Assembly: GCA_964603745.1 (NCBI GenBank)
Contig: CAZRWZ010000004.1
Span: forward strand, 1 to 32,933
DNA: 32,933 nt
Direction: 5' to 3'
Origin: an uncultured Bacteroidaceae bacterium
GTDB lineage: Bacteria; Bacteroidota; Bacteroidia; Bacteroidales; JAFGXI01
The position numbers and the translations under genes are program-made. How positions within the stretch are numbered: position 1 is the first letter of the stretch; every line of letters starts with the position of its first letter. The notes beneath the pieces were generated by a model. That model was not told where the DNA came from. It saw only the letters and a program-made list of their open reading frames with translations, and ran no database searches. Below, piece by piece: positions 8,901-16,474 of this stretch.

Positions 8901-11713
8901 TCAGAATCTGCATCATAATCACGTAATAATATTTCGCCACCCGACATATTAAAAGATGCATCAGAACCTACTATATTAAATAAAGGTCCTGTTAAGCTAC
9001 CCGGTTCTGTTTCGTTACCTCTTACACGAAGTAATCCTCCTGTTTGAATATATGATGTTTTTGCTGTACCACCGCTTGTGCTATACATTTGTGAAACATC
9101 AACTTCGCCTCCTTCTATTTGTATTACTGCATTAGCACTAGTCCAAAATACAAATCCATATGAATTTCGAGTACCAAAAACACCATCTGTTATTCTAAAT
9201 TTTCCTAATAAAGACATAGCTGAATGACTTCCGCTTGTAGCAACTGATGCTCCAGAACCATCATTTACTTGCGTGTTTCCTGATGTAGAGTTATCTGTAG
9301 CTGTTGTATAAACTTTAGTATTTGCTCCTGCAATCCATAAACAGGCATTTGCTCCAATTAAATAGTCACCATTACCCGATGTAGTTGATTTCCCTTCTGA
9401 TAATGTAGGTATATTAACATATCCTGTTAGTTTTAAAGTACCGTTGTAAACCCAGAGTGCTTTTCTTATCTCAGGATTAGCAGCACTGTAAGGTGATGAT
9501 TGGTTTCTGCCTACATTATTAGCTCCATAAAGCATAAAGTTATTTATATTAGTTGCATTTATGGTTAATATGTATGTTTGGTCTGTTCCTTTATCAACAA
9601 TTAAATTGTAAAAATCAGTAATACCATTTAATAATGCTGTAGCATTATTTGCTTTATCAAAAATAACTGTTGCAGCTCCTGTTGAAGTAAATTGGTTGTA
9701 AATAGGATCTGCTTGATTTGTTAAACGAATAGTTCCATTATTTATGAGGTTTCCACCTATTTTAAATTGATGGAATATTTTATGAAAATTACCAGAACTA
9801 GGTAAACTACTTGGTATAGAATAAGAGCCTATTGTATTTCCTGTTCCAACAGTTATTTTACCATTAGCATTTACTGTTACATCATTTTTTGCAGTAATAT
9901 TTAATATTGTTGTAGCAGAATTATCATTTATCTGAAAGATTCCTGTACTAACTAAAAAATCGCCATTTATAGTATAATCTTTTAATAATGTTAATTTATT
10001 TGTTGATGCATTAAGCATTATTTCTAAATTATAAAAATGTAATGCTTTGTTTAAAGTATAACTACCTCCATAGTATCTAACAGTACCTTCTCCTTCGCCT
10101 GCTGTATAAAAATGAGAAGCATCTCCCGATGGAAAATTATCTGCACTTAACAAAATTCTTCCACCACCAATTATTTTTGTAAAAGAATGACCTGTTGTGC
10201 TTTTAAAATCTATTTCACCTTGTACTTCTAAACTTAAGTTTTGTTTGTTATTTGTGTTAACAGTAACGGTTTTTCCTGATAATATTATAACTTTATCTGA
10301 TGTGTTTGAAGGAGATGTTGTTGGTGTGTAACTATTAGGATTATTAGGTAAAAAACCCGAAGGGTCAAGCGTCCAAACATCAGGATTATCCCAGTCTCCT
10401 GAAATTAATGTGTACCAAGCTTGTCCTGCTGCACCTTGCACAGGGCTATTTGTTTGATCTTTTGTTCCTAAAGTATAAAAACCATCTACTAAATTAGCAT
10501 TAGGCACAAAAAACTTTAATCTGTCGGCACCAACTAGACTAGGACTTATACCTAAATCTGTATAATCGTCTCCGATATTTGCCTTGTATAAAATAACATA
10601 ATTGCTAATATCTTGTGGGTATTTTGCTGATGTAAAAGCTTCTGAAAAATCAAAGCTAATATTTGCATCAACATTTCCACCTGTTTTTTGAAGATACCAA
10701 TTTCTGTTCCAAGCTGCTTCGGCTCCACTATTTGTTACATTAGTACCTGTTTGTATGTTTGTTTCATCGTTTGTTGCATTATTATGACTAAAAAATACAA
10801 ATTCGCCATCGTCTAATGTATTACCTTGATCTTCCACATAAAATCCTGCCGAAACAGATGAGTTTTGTTCTTCGTTGTTTTTATTTCCTATTCCTGTTAC
10901 ATTATAAGTATATCCTGAGGCTTCGGAATATCTATCATTTGCTATTGTAATACCATATTTTACATTCAAATAATTATGAACTATGTCTAATTGGGCATCG
11001 TTAAGTGCTGTTGCATAAATTATTACTTCGGCAATATCAACATCATAATAAGCTGGTCCTCTAAATCTGGCTAAGGCTGCTCCATCCCAAGAAATTAGGG
11101 TGTTAGCATTATTTATGCTACCTAATTCATTATTATTTTGATAGTTCTTACGTTGAGCAGATGCATCACCAGAACGTAATCTTGTTGAAAATATACCATA
11201 TTCATTTGCATTTTTTCCTGCACCACTATTCATAGCTGTTGATAAATCATTAGACCAATGATGACTTCTAAAATTAGAATTATTTTGCCAAAAAATATGC
11301 AAATTTTTGTTTGCTCCATTATTAGTACCTCCCATAATTAAACGTCGGCTGCCGCTTGTTCTGCGCTGTGTAACAAGAATTACAGTGTAATCTTTTCCTG
11401 CAATTAAATTTCCATTAAAAGGTATAAAATCATCACTACCATCAAAAACTACTGCCGATTTGCCACCAATTTGAGATGTTTTAAAAGTAGGTTGACTTGC
11501 AGATGTCCCTTGTGTGCCATCATTGTTATTTCCTGAATTATCAATCCAATTTGTAACATGTGCATTGTTAGATAATCCAAGTGTACTTGCATCAAACCAT
11601 ATTACATTATGCGGTTCTCCATCAGAACCATCACTGTTTCCAATTGAAGCTGGTCCTGTTTGTGCAAAAACAAACAAAGGTATAATAAGTATTAAAAGTA
11701 GTACTTTTTTCAT
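2939..11713 (-). CDS. giant secreted cell-surface protein (2924 aa): signal peptide, LamG-like domain, three beta-helix-like supermodules, T9SS C-terminal sorting domain
   Basis: Single uninterrupted 2925-codon ORF. It has an N-terminal Sec signal MKKVLLLILIIPLFVFA|Q, an N/T/G/S-rich repetitive body, and a C-terminal Por_Secre_tail-like segment. All + strand ORFs inside it are short, hydrophobic or low-complexity shadows. Confidence 0.95.
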   Translation of the reverse strand: MKKVLLLILIIPLFVFAQTGPASIGNSDGSDGEPHNVIWFDASTLGLSNNAHVTNWIDNSGNNNDGTQGTSASQPTFKTSQIGGKSAVVFDGSDDFIPFNGNLIAGKDYTVILVTQRRTSGSRRLIMGGTNNGANKNLHIFWQNNSNFRSHHWSNDLSTAMNSGAGKNANEYGIFSTRLRSGDASAQRKNYQNNNELGSINNANTLISWDGAALARFRGPAYYDVDIAEVIIYATALNDAQLDIVHNYLNVKYGITIANDRYSEASGYTYNVTGIGNKNNEEQNSSVSAGFYVEDQGNTLDDGEFVFFSHNNATNDETNIQTGTNVTNSGAEAAWNRNWYLQKTGGNVDANISFDFSEAFTSAKYPQDISNYVILYKANIGDDYTDLGISPSLVGADRLKFFVPNANLVDGFYTLGTKDQTNSPVQGAAGQAWYTLISGDWDNPDVWTLDPSGFLPNNPNSYTPTTSPSNTSDKVIILSGKTVTVNTNNKQNLSLEVQGEIDFKSTTGHSFTKIIGGGRILLSADNFPSGDASHFYTAGEGEGTVRYYGGSYTLNKALHFYNLEIMLNASTNKLTLLKDYTINGDFLVSTGIFQINDNSATTILNITAKNDVTVNANGKITVGTGNTIGSYSIPSSLPSSGNFHKIFHQFKIGGNLINNGTIRLTNQADPIYNQFTSTGAATVIFDKANNATALLNGITDFYNLIVDKGTDQTYILTINATNINNFMLYGANNVGRNQSSPYSAANPEIRKALWVYNGTLKLTGYVNIPTLSEGKSTTSGNGDYLIGANACLWIAGANTKVYTTATDNSTSGNTQVNDGSGASVATSGSHSAMSLLGKFRITDGVFGTRNSYGFVFWTSANAVIQIEGGEVDVSQMYSTSGGTAKTSYIQTGGLLRVRGNETEPGSLTGPLFNIVGSDASFNMSGGEILLRDYDADSDPEFNIECVDGNYSVTGGKITIDVRENSAGGSHPSNFQIYSTSNFWDLEIKNHNNSGNITVELLTDLNVSHDLTINNYCTLETTNPDDATIKDVTIGRNFSINEGAIYNYNTNTTTFNGTEDGEFYIGHNVYDGYVQKLNNFTLDKPADKSLTLKGDEKKTATWISANHGGLSTTNLNKTRLLQIEGVFLIESGILNQGEHSIKIFNNITVKKHGQCGVYIPETTSRGATIMLKDVDFTINTEEGAIFGNIKLGANGHTISLSSNVYMKRIAYFHGILNLKTYNLKLDYLHKEYTESIAESDFGSVTKMFYTSGNSSDGGLSLLVKENDDFVFPLGTDANSDTRYTPAIMTITGTLSDSGYVTINPVDEVLQTTDLTCGGDILSYYWKVGLENLGTNVQVKYKYEYNTNDLDGSTNEADFYPGKVKDGGGYLRSYENDLTKVDETNNTITFNGTGSGFDIEEANYTAGQSCRFVGSPTVYHSHPNVRRKWNNTNCWQEGVVPTNGSVVIITSNSIVDVDGTQPSSATPAETKLTDNKSRVQFYRNNGSGGSYNLGNVKGMGMISFNMQYDPVVNGDFGDFADNENSIYLFFTTSDGSSYTMDHIPQPAPTINFESGRYTLDQADLVVNYDLVSGYHNYDITIADDVLVKRNLRITNQNRGEFHFPNSGSPVTLTVNGNVTVGDPLIVDNSTNDIEHKFIVKGNITVSDGNISLFNGANRPRVILELTGDNNGSYTNTAGTIAQLYRIEMNKGTSQADTFVFNNNFTLNGTTLGVGVKKALEMKNGTLILDNSSISINLNTGDDNFNIPTTTCLEIKQGTAHVGGDDTGIKLYGKLKISGGTLDMNDVSNNGNNYIEYAGSGDSKLEITDGSLIVGSQIRRSMDSETGILKYKQTGGTVIVGKNNNPEGNRAVFEILNTGSSFDFTGGSLYLANTQTNPSVASLYLDAESSNISNAATIYLGNTNTKTNQNFGIYSTVTIPKLVIDNTSSNNPTATTWIIPLTIDNELEIQSNTEFDANGLDLILNGNLTCNGTFTHNKNSTYFRGSANQTIVGSPVFYNLTKESNANTLTLNADITIENEFKLLTGTLDDNANTVFISGDITNNGTHIWGGTSEGIKLNGTVNDQILRATGEFGKLTIDNAKGIIVPNDNSYEITINNELKMMNGVFNIDKNLLILKVNCLINEANAFGDNNMIQTNASFTDAGVKKYFPAISSATTFNFPIGSEGKYTPLIMNISNMDANGNIRVKAANERQSTITDDNDECCEFNDLENVLQYHYIVEATNVNHFTADITMQYKDADALHNNTCVRDDGGYYDESNYIAARLLTYGDNTWIKPLDYNTVDEVNNKILYSLSNVSSNDISGEYTAGIEQKSGCNGAIPQKVPEFLSAANGDWKTATNWYKLNADGTRIEPAGTGVPSGGPYGSIVYIEHEITTTTNYKQVYKTEIRAGGKLKINNTFGHRLGRVSGTGILYSERASLPAGIYEDFFATTGGTVEYGGSSDYTILPGIIEVNNLTFSGTGKREFPNNNIKLNGDLTISGPNIIQQNNKIIAIYGDITKTGGVFDFASYNNTVEIKGSANQSISGDFTSGVNAFRNLKINKSSGTFTTSSDVAIENSLILTNGIINSSSTAMIELGTAATISGGSNTAYINGEIYKDLYAGSAILFPVGNSGKYRPIGIENSNKRTQFVGEYLGANSNSNYDSPLTDVSPNNLWYLDDVNNQHPEANIVLYWGPETGVVTVSEIRVASLTDIASDNWGNKGKYSATGTTVSGHVKSNVKTSFSKKYFTIGTEGSSSLPIELLSFDAVSQNNEVKITWQTSVEINNDHFIVERSEDGVVFEEIANVMGAGNSNVVLDYLIYDFNPIKGISYYRLKQVDFDRSEIIYPMVSVNINTDNLDIEAKINVYPSPFSNRDNLTVDLIGFDYNENVQLTVTDAMGRIVFKENCFADNTILANKLYNLFANIETGYYLIMIKSNTKDASTRLIKTH
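2942..3229 (-). other. T9SS C-terminal sorting domain (last 96 aa of the giant protein)
   Basis: ...KINVYPSPFSNRDNLTVDLIGFDYNENVQLTVTDAMGRIVFKE...GYYLIMIKSNTKDASTRLIKTH matches the (V/I)YPNP..., xDxxGRxV and GxYxhxh...K(L/I)hK pattern of type A T9SS CTDs (TIGR04183-like). Confidence 0.8.
3230..3517 (-). other. beta-sandwich module with ELLSF...W.T..E.NN..F.VERS.DG signature preceding the CTD
   Basis: LPIELLSFDAVSQNNEVKITWQTSVEINNDHFIVERSEDGVVFEEIANVMGAGNSNVVLDYLIYDFNPIKGISYYRLKQVDFDRSEIIYPMVSV. I recognise this recurring ~95-aa module from the C-terminal region of large Bacteroidota surface proteins. I cannot name the family with certainty. Confidence 0.55.
10949..11611 (-). other. LamG / concanavalin-A-like lectin domain (aa ~35-255 of the giant protein)
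   Basis: NVIWFDASTLGL...VTNWIDNSGNNNDGTQGTSASQPTFKTSQIGGKSAVVFDGSDDFIPF...DIAEVIIYATALNDAQLDIVHNYLNVKYGI has the typical opening and closing motifs of Laminin_G_3-type jelly-roll domains. Confidence 0.65.
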
Positions 11714-11870
11714 AATAATAAATTTTAAGTATAACAGTATTAGAATACGTTAATAATATAGTTATGTTACAAATATAAGTTATAATTTATTATTATTATT
11801 TAATAATTTTATTAAATTAATTAATTGCATGATAAAAAGTTAAAAACATATTAAAATATTAATAAAACAT

Positions 11871-11922
11871 ACTCAATTTATATAGCTTTTCATGAAAAAC
11901 AAAAAAACTATATTGATTGAGT
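11871..11922 (-). terminator. candidate terminator of the mltF-like gene
   Basis: Imperfect inverted repeat actcaatttatatag (11871-11885) / ctatattgattgagt (11908-11922), 13 of 15 positions pair. It begins 3 nt after the stop at 11926-11928. On the minus strand it is followed by atgttttatt. The 22-nt loop and AT-rich stem make it weak. Confidence 0.35.
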
Positions 11923-11925
11923 GTA

Positions 11926-13362
11926 TTATTTTGTCAAAGGAGTATCAACTAAATTTTGATAGTGATTATACCTAGCAATAATTTCATTTACATAATTATA
12001 AACTTCTGAACCTCGGCAATATCCATATTTCACAACAGGGTCTTGATAGTATTTTGGTTTAGATTTATTTAATAAATAAAAAGAAACATCTTCCCAATTT
12101 GTTTTATTTTTCCCATTTTTTTCGGCTAATCTTTGGGCATCTTGCACATGACCTAAACCAACATTATACGAAGCCAGCACAAATTTCTGCCTTTCAGCTT
12201 CATCAGGAATAGATTCTACAAATTGATTATCTAACCATATTAAAAACTTAACACCAGCATGTATATTTGCATTTGGCGAAGCCAAACTATCAATACCAAA
12301 ACGCTCTGCTGTAGCAGGCATTAGCTGCATCAAACCATAAGCACCAGCCCAAGAATGAACATTATTATTAAATCTAGATTCTTGATATATTAGTGACGAT
12401 AATAAACGCCAATCCCATTTTAATTCTTTTGCATAAGTTTTAATAACATCATCATAATCTGATATTTGCCCATCGGTACTAGCCAAAAAACCTTGCATAT
12501 TTCTATTTGTACTTCGCGAGTTTCGATAATATTTTGTATAAAGTTTTTTGTGCTTTTTAGTTTTTTTAAATTCATCAATCCATTTATTAACTTCGTAAAT
12601 TAAAGAATCTGCTTTCGGACGAATTGCCCATGCAAGATTCTGATCCAAACTTATTGGGACATTAATATCTAAATTATTATAATAAGTTTTATTTACTAAT
12701 GCAATATTATAATCAGAAATAGTATAATCTATTTTTCGATTAGCTACATCGGTAATAAGTTCTTCTACTGTTTTTTCTTCACTCTCTATTATAGTAAAGG
12801 TCTCTCCTATTTCTTCTTGCAAATTTTGTAATCTGTTTATAAACGAGCTGCCTTTTTCTACATAAATAGTTTTTTCTCCTAAATCTACAGGAGATGTTAT
12901 TATAGAATCTATTATCTGAGATTTACGCATTTTTTCCCAATTCTTGGGCTTGTGTTGAACCAATACTTGTTTAGTAGTATTTATTGGGTGAGTAAACACA
13001 ATTGTATCTTTTCTTTTATTTGTAATTGTTAAACCAATTGCTACTAAATCATAAGTACCGTTATTTAAACCATCTAAACATGATGTTAAATCGTTGTCTA
13101 CTTTAACTTCAATAGGCACATCTAAATAATCTGATAATAGCTGTAACATTTCTATCTGATAACCCATTGGTTGACCACGATAAATAAAATAATCGGTTGA
13201 ATTATATTGTGTTGCTACCACTAATTTTCCTCTCTCTTTTATTTGCTTTAAATCGCAAATTTTTTCTTTATTAGCAACACCATCAGTGTTTGTGTTACTA
13301 CAAGAGAATACAATTAATGATATCCAAATTAATAAAAATACTTTCGTTGAAAAATTTAGCAT
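11926..13362 (-). CDS. mltF: membrane-bound lytic murein transglycosylase F-like protein (periplasmic solute-binding-like domain + SLT domain)
   Basis: C-terminal SLT catalytic motif ...IYQESRFNNNVHSWAGAYGLMQLMPATAERFG..., preceded by an SBP_bac_3-like domain. The track ORF extends to 13440. However, the ATG at 13362 opens a clean lipoprotein signal MLNFSTKVFLLIWISLIVFS|C, while the upstream 26 codons (MNLYFLITNNRKKKLKIIILRIIELL) look non-coding. Confidence 0.9.
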   Translation of the reverse strand: MLNFSTKVFLLIWISLIVFSCSNTNTDGVANKEKICDLKQIKERGKLVVATQYNSTDYFIYRGQPMGYQIEMLQLLSDYLDVPIEVKVDNDLTSCLDGLNNGTYDLVAIGLTITNKRKDTIVFTHPINTTKQVLVQHKPKNWEKMRKSQIIDSIITSPVDLGEKTIYVEKGSSFINRLQNLQEEIGETFTIIESEEKTVEELITDVANRKIDYTISDYNIALVNKTYYNNLDINVPISLDQNLAWAIRPKADSLIYEVNKWIDEFKKTKKHKKLYTKYYRNSRSTNRNMQGFLASTDGQISDYDDVIKTYAKELKWDWRLLSSLIYQESRFNNNVHSWAGAYGLMQLMPATAERFGIDSLASPNANIHAGVKFLIWLDNQFVESIPDEAERQKFVLASYNVGLGHVQDAQRLAEKNGKNKTNWEDVSFYLLNKSKPKYYQDPVVKYGYCRGSEVYNYVNEIIARYNHYQNLVDTPLTK

Positions 13363-13512
13363 AAGTAATTCAATTATACGTAAAATTATAATTTTTAGTT
13401 TCTTTTTTCTATTATTTGTTATTAAAAAATACAAATTCACGAATAAACACTACGAATAAACACACAAAGATTTAGAAACAAGCTTGAAAGAAATAAATTA
13501 AAATTTAATTAA

Positions 13513-13544
13513 ATTGCTAATTGTTAATTGAAACACTATTTTTG
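13513..13544 (+). promoter_or_regulatory. candidate Bacteroidota-type promoter of prfC
   Basis: aTTG (13513-13516), a 20-nt spacer, then TATTTTTG (13537-13544). This fits the -33 TTTG / -7 TAnnTTTG consensus and lies 21 nt upstream of the prfC ATG. Confidence 0.4.
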
Positions 13545-13565
13545 CATACTTTTTATAAATAAAGA

Positions 13566-15140
13566 ATGGGATTAAACGAAGAAATTAAAAGGCGAAGAAC
13601 TTTTGCTATTATTAGCCACCCTGATGCAGGAAAAACTACTTTAACAGAAAAGCTTTTGCTTTATGGTGGTGCAATTCGTGTTGCAGGAGCTGTAAAATCT
13701 AATAAAATAAAGAAAACTGCTACTTCCGATTTTATGGAAATTGAACGCCAACGTGGAATTTCTGTAGCAACATCGGTAATGGGATTTGAATATAATGATG
13801 TTAAAATAAACATATTAGACACACCCGGACATAAAGATTTTGCAGAAGATACATACCGAACTCTAACTGCTGTTGATAGTGTTATAATTGTAATTGACAC
13901 AGCAAAAGGTGTTGAAACTCAGACAAGAAAACTTATGGAAGTTTGCCGAATGAGAAACACCCCTGTAATTGTTTTTGTAAATAAATTAGACCGTGATGGT
14001 TTAGACCCATTCGACCTTTGCGATGATATTGAGCAAGAACTTGGTATAAATGTTCGCCCATTGAGTTGGCCTATAAATCAAGGAGATAGATTTAAGGGCG
14101 TTTATAATATCTACGAAAAAAGTTTAAACCTTTTTACGCCATCGCAGCAAACAATTACCGAAAATATTGCTTTCGACGATATAAATAATCCAGAGCTTGA
14201 TGATATAATAAAAGAAGATGCCGAAAAACTGCGAGAAGATTTAGAACTTATAGAAGGAGTTTATCCAGAGTTTGATGTTCAAGATTATCTTGATGCAAAA
14301 ATTGCCCCTGTATTTTTTGGTTCGGCTCTAAACAATTTTGGAGTTCAAGAACTTTTAAATTGTTTTATTGATATCGCCCCTTCTCCCCTACCTGCAAAAG
14401 CAATAGAGAGAGAAGTTTTACCATCTGAAGAAAAGTTTTCGGGATTTGTTTTTAAAATCCATGCAAATATGGATCCTAACCATCGCGATAGAATTGCCTT
14501 TGTAAAAATTTGCTCTGGAACTTTTAAAAGAAACACACCATACACACACGTAAAGCTTGGTAAGAAATTTAAGTTTTCTACTCCAACAGCTTTTATGGCA
14601 GAAAAAAAATCGATTATTGACGAAGCTTTTCCCGGTGATATTGTTGGAATACACGATACCGGAAGTTTTAGAATTGGTGATACATTAACCGAAGGAGAAA
14701 AAATACATTTTACGGGTTTACCAAGTTTTTCGCCAGAGCTTTTTAAATATGTTGTAAACGATGACCCAATGAAATCTAAACAATTAACAAAAGGTTTAGA
14801 TCAACTTATGGACGAAGGTGTTGCACAGCTTTTTACTTTCGATTTTAATGGCAGAAAAGTTATAGGAACTGTTGGAGCATTACAGTTTGAGGTTATTCAA
14901 TATCGCTTGTTGCACGAATATGGGGCATCGTGCAGATACGAAGGAATTAGCTTATACAAAGCTTGTTGGTTTACATCAGAAAATAAAGAGCAAATTGCCG
15001 ATTTTAAGAAAAGAAAATATCAATACATTGCAAAAGACAAACACGGAAACGATGTGTTTTTAGCCGATTCTATTTATATTTTACAAAACGCACAAGATAA
15101 TTATCCTGATATTAAATTTGAATTTAAAACCGAAATGTAA
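13566..15140 (+). CDS. prfC: peptide chain release factor 3 (RF3, translational GTPase)
   Basis: 524 aa. N-terminus [29 protein letters not shown] (G1), then DTPGH (G3) and NKLD (G4). Length and end-to-end motif order are typical of RF3. Confidence 0.97.
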   Translation: MGLNEEIKRRRTFAIISHPDAGKTTLTEKLLLYGGAIRVAGAVKSNKIKKTATSDFMEIERQRGISVATSVMGFEYNDVKINILDTPGHKDFAEDTYRTLTAVDSVIIVIDTAKGVETQTRKLMEVCRMRNTPVIVFVNKLDRDGLDPFDLCDDIEQELGINVRPLSWPINQGDRFKGVYNIYEKSLNLFTPSQQTITENIAFDDINNPELDDIIKEDAEKLREDLELIEGVYPEFDVQDYLDAKIAPVFFGSALNNFGVQELLNCFIDIAPSPLPAKAIEREVLPSEEKFSGFVFKIHANMDPNHRDRIAFVKICSGTFKRNTPYTHVKLGKKFKFSTPTAFMAEKKSIIDEAFPGDIVGIHDTGSFRIGDTLTEGEKIHFTGLPSFSPELFKYVVNDDPMKSKQLTKGLDQLMDEGVAQLFTFDFNGRKVIGTVGALQFEVIQYRLLHEYGASCRYEGISLYKACWFTSENKEQIADFKKRKYQYIAKDKHGNDVFLADSIYILQNAQDNYPDIKFEFKTEM

Positions 15141-15166
15141 ATACACATATATAAAATTAAAAAAAT

Positions 15167-16438
15167 ATGAAAAATCTATTATTTATTGCTTTTATAGCAA
15201 TTGCAAGCATTGTAAATGCTCAAAAAGATAAAACGTATAAATCTTTAAATGAAGCATTTAAAAATCCAACAGAAGTTTATAGATTAAATCTTGATTGGAA
15301 AAAATTAGGTACAATAACCGATTCAATTGAATCTCTAACAAACCTAACTTATCTAAAAATTAGTTCTAACGAATTAACAGAATTCCCTAAATCAATATGC
15401 AAGCTAACAAACTTAACTGAACTTGATATTTCTTGGAATAAAATTACAAGTTTACCTGATTGCATTAGTAATTTAACTAAACTAGAAAAATTTGATGCAG
15501 GACAAAATAAAATTGAAGTTTTACCAAACGCAATATGTAAATTAACAATGTTAAAAGAATTTGATATATCTGGTAGTAAATTAAAAGAATTACCAGAAGC
15601 AATAGGAGATTTATCGAATTTAGAAAAAATTGATTTTAGTTCTAATGATTTGGAATCATTACCGGAATCAATAACAAAATTAACAAAACTAACATATATT
15701 GATTTTGACTTCGATTTTAATAATTACAAAACTTTTCCTGAATCTGTTACAAAAATGACAAATTTAACTAACATAGAAGAAATTAAAGAAAAGTATGAGC
15801 AGTTTATGTTAGAAGCAAAATATAGAGCAGAACGAGAAGAAGAGGCTCGTTTGCAAAAAGAAAAAGTATCTCATTTTAAATATGAATTAACATTCGACCC
15901 CAGAAATTTTATGGATGCTGAAACAGGCGAGTTTAAAGATGAAAAAGAGCAATATTCTAAATTACCTTGGAAGGTAGAAGATATCTATAAATATTTGAAA
16001 ACGAAATCCGATTTTATTTATACTGCTGAAAAATATTCTTTAGAAAAAGAAAAAGTTACCGATAAAGTAGATATTGGATATAAAATTGATAAAAAAGACG
16101 ATGGCAAAATAGAATCATTAATGTATAACTATTCTAAAAAAGAATATATTAAAGCTGGAGGTATGCTTTCCGGTATGAAAGATGTAATTGCAATAGATAC
16201 AATTGTACCACAAATGAAATTTATGCCTCTAAGATTTATGACAATTTTTAGAGTTGTTGATAAGCAAGAAACTATAACCGTAGGTAAAAAGAAATATGTT
16301 TGTACTCCTGTAGAAGGTGCATTTATGTTCGAAAAAATGAAATATTGGATGGTTACAGACCAACCCGGACTTATTGTAAAAATTGTTATAGAATCAACCT
16401 ATAGCCGAAAAACTTGGCTTTTGAAAAAGATAAAATAA
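15167..16438 (+). CDS. secreted leucine-rich-repeat protein with coiled-coil linker and C-terminal domain of unknown function
   Basis: Signal peptide MKNLLFIAFIAIASIVNA|Q. About 6-7 LRR units of 23 aa follow (LTNLTELDISWNKITSLPDCISN, LTKLEKFDAGQNKIEVLPNAICK, LSNLEKIDFSSNDLESLPESITK...). Next is an E/K/R-rich helix (EKYEQFMLEAKYRAEREEEARLQKEK), then ~190 aa with no motif I recognise. Confidence 0.85.
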   Translation: MKNLLFIAFIAIASIVNAQKDKTYKSLNEAFKNPTEVYRLNLDWKKLGTITDSIESLTNLTYLKISSNELTEFPKSICKLTNLTELDISWNKITSLPDCISNLTKLEKFDAGQNKIEVLPNAICKLTMLKEFDISGSKLKELPEAIGDLSNLEKIDFSSNDLESLPESITKLTKLTYIDFDFDFNNYKTFPESVTKMTNLTNIEEIKEKYEQFMLEAKYRAEREEEARLQKEKVSHFKYELTFDPRNFMDAETGEFKDEKEQYSKLPWKVEDIYKYLKTKSDFIYTAEKYSLEKEKVTDKVDIGYKIDKKDDGKIESLMYNYSKKEYIKAGGMLSGMKDVIAIDTIVPQMKFMPLRFMTIFRVVDKQETITVGKKKYVCTPVEGAFMFEKMKYWMVTDQPGLIVKIVIESTYSRKTWLLKKIK

Positions 16439-16474
16439 ATTAAATTTGTATTTTTACAATGTAATTTGTTTGTT

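Noticed and set aside
11714-11925. Invertible-promoter (phase variation) or DGR-type diversification of the giant surface protein
   Set aside because: I looked for inverted repeats bracketing a promoter upstream of the gene. I found only the terminator-like repeat next to the mltF stop and a single TATATTTG-type box (complement of 11770-11777). There is no recombinase or reverse transcriptase gene, and no template-repeat-like duplicate of the C-terminal region in the window.
13363-13440. N-terminal extension of the mltF-like ORF (and similarly 32418..32552 for rplU, 16466 and 24896 TTG starts)
   Set aside because: The extensions precede canonical N-termini: a lipoprotein signal, MYAIVDIAGQQFKV of L21, MRLNK..., and MNIITK.... 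They also overlap promoter-like AT-rich sequence, so internal ATG starts are preferred.
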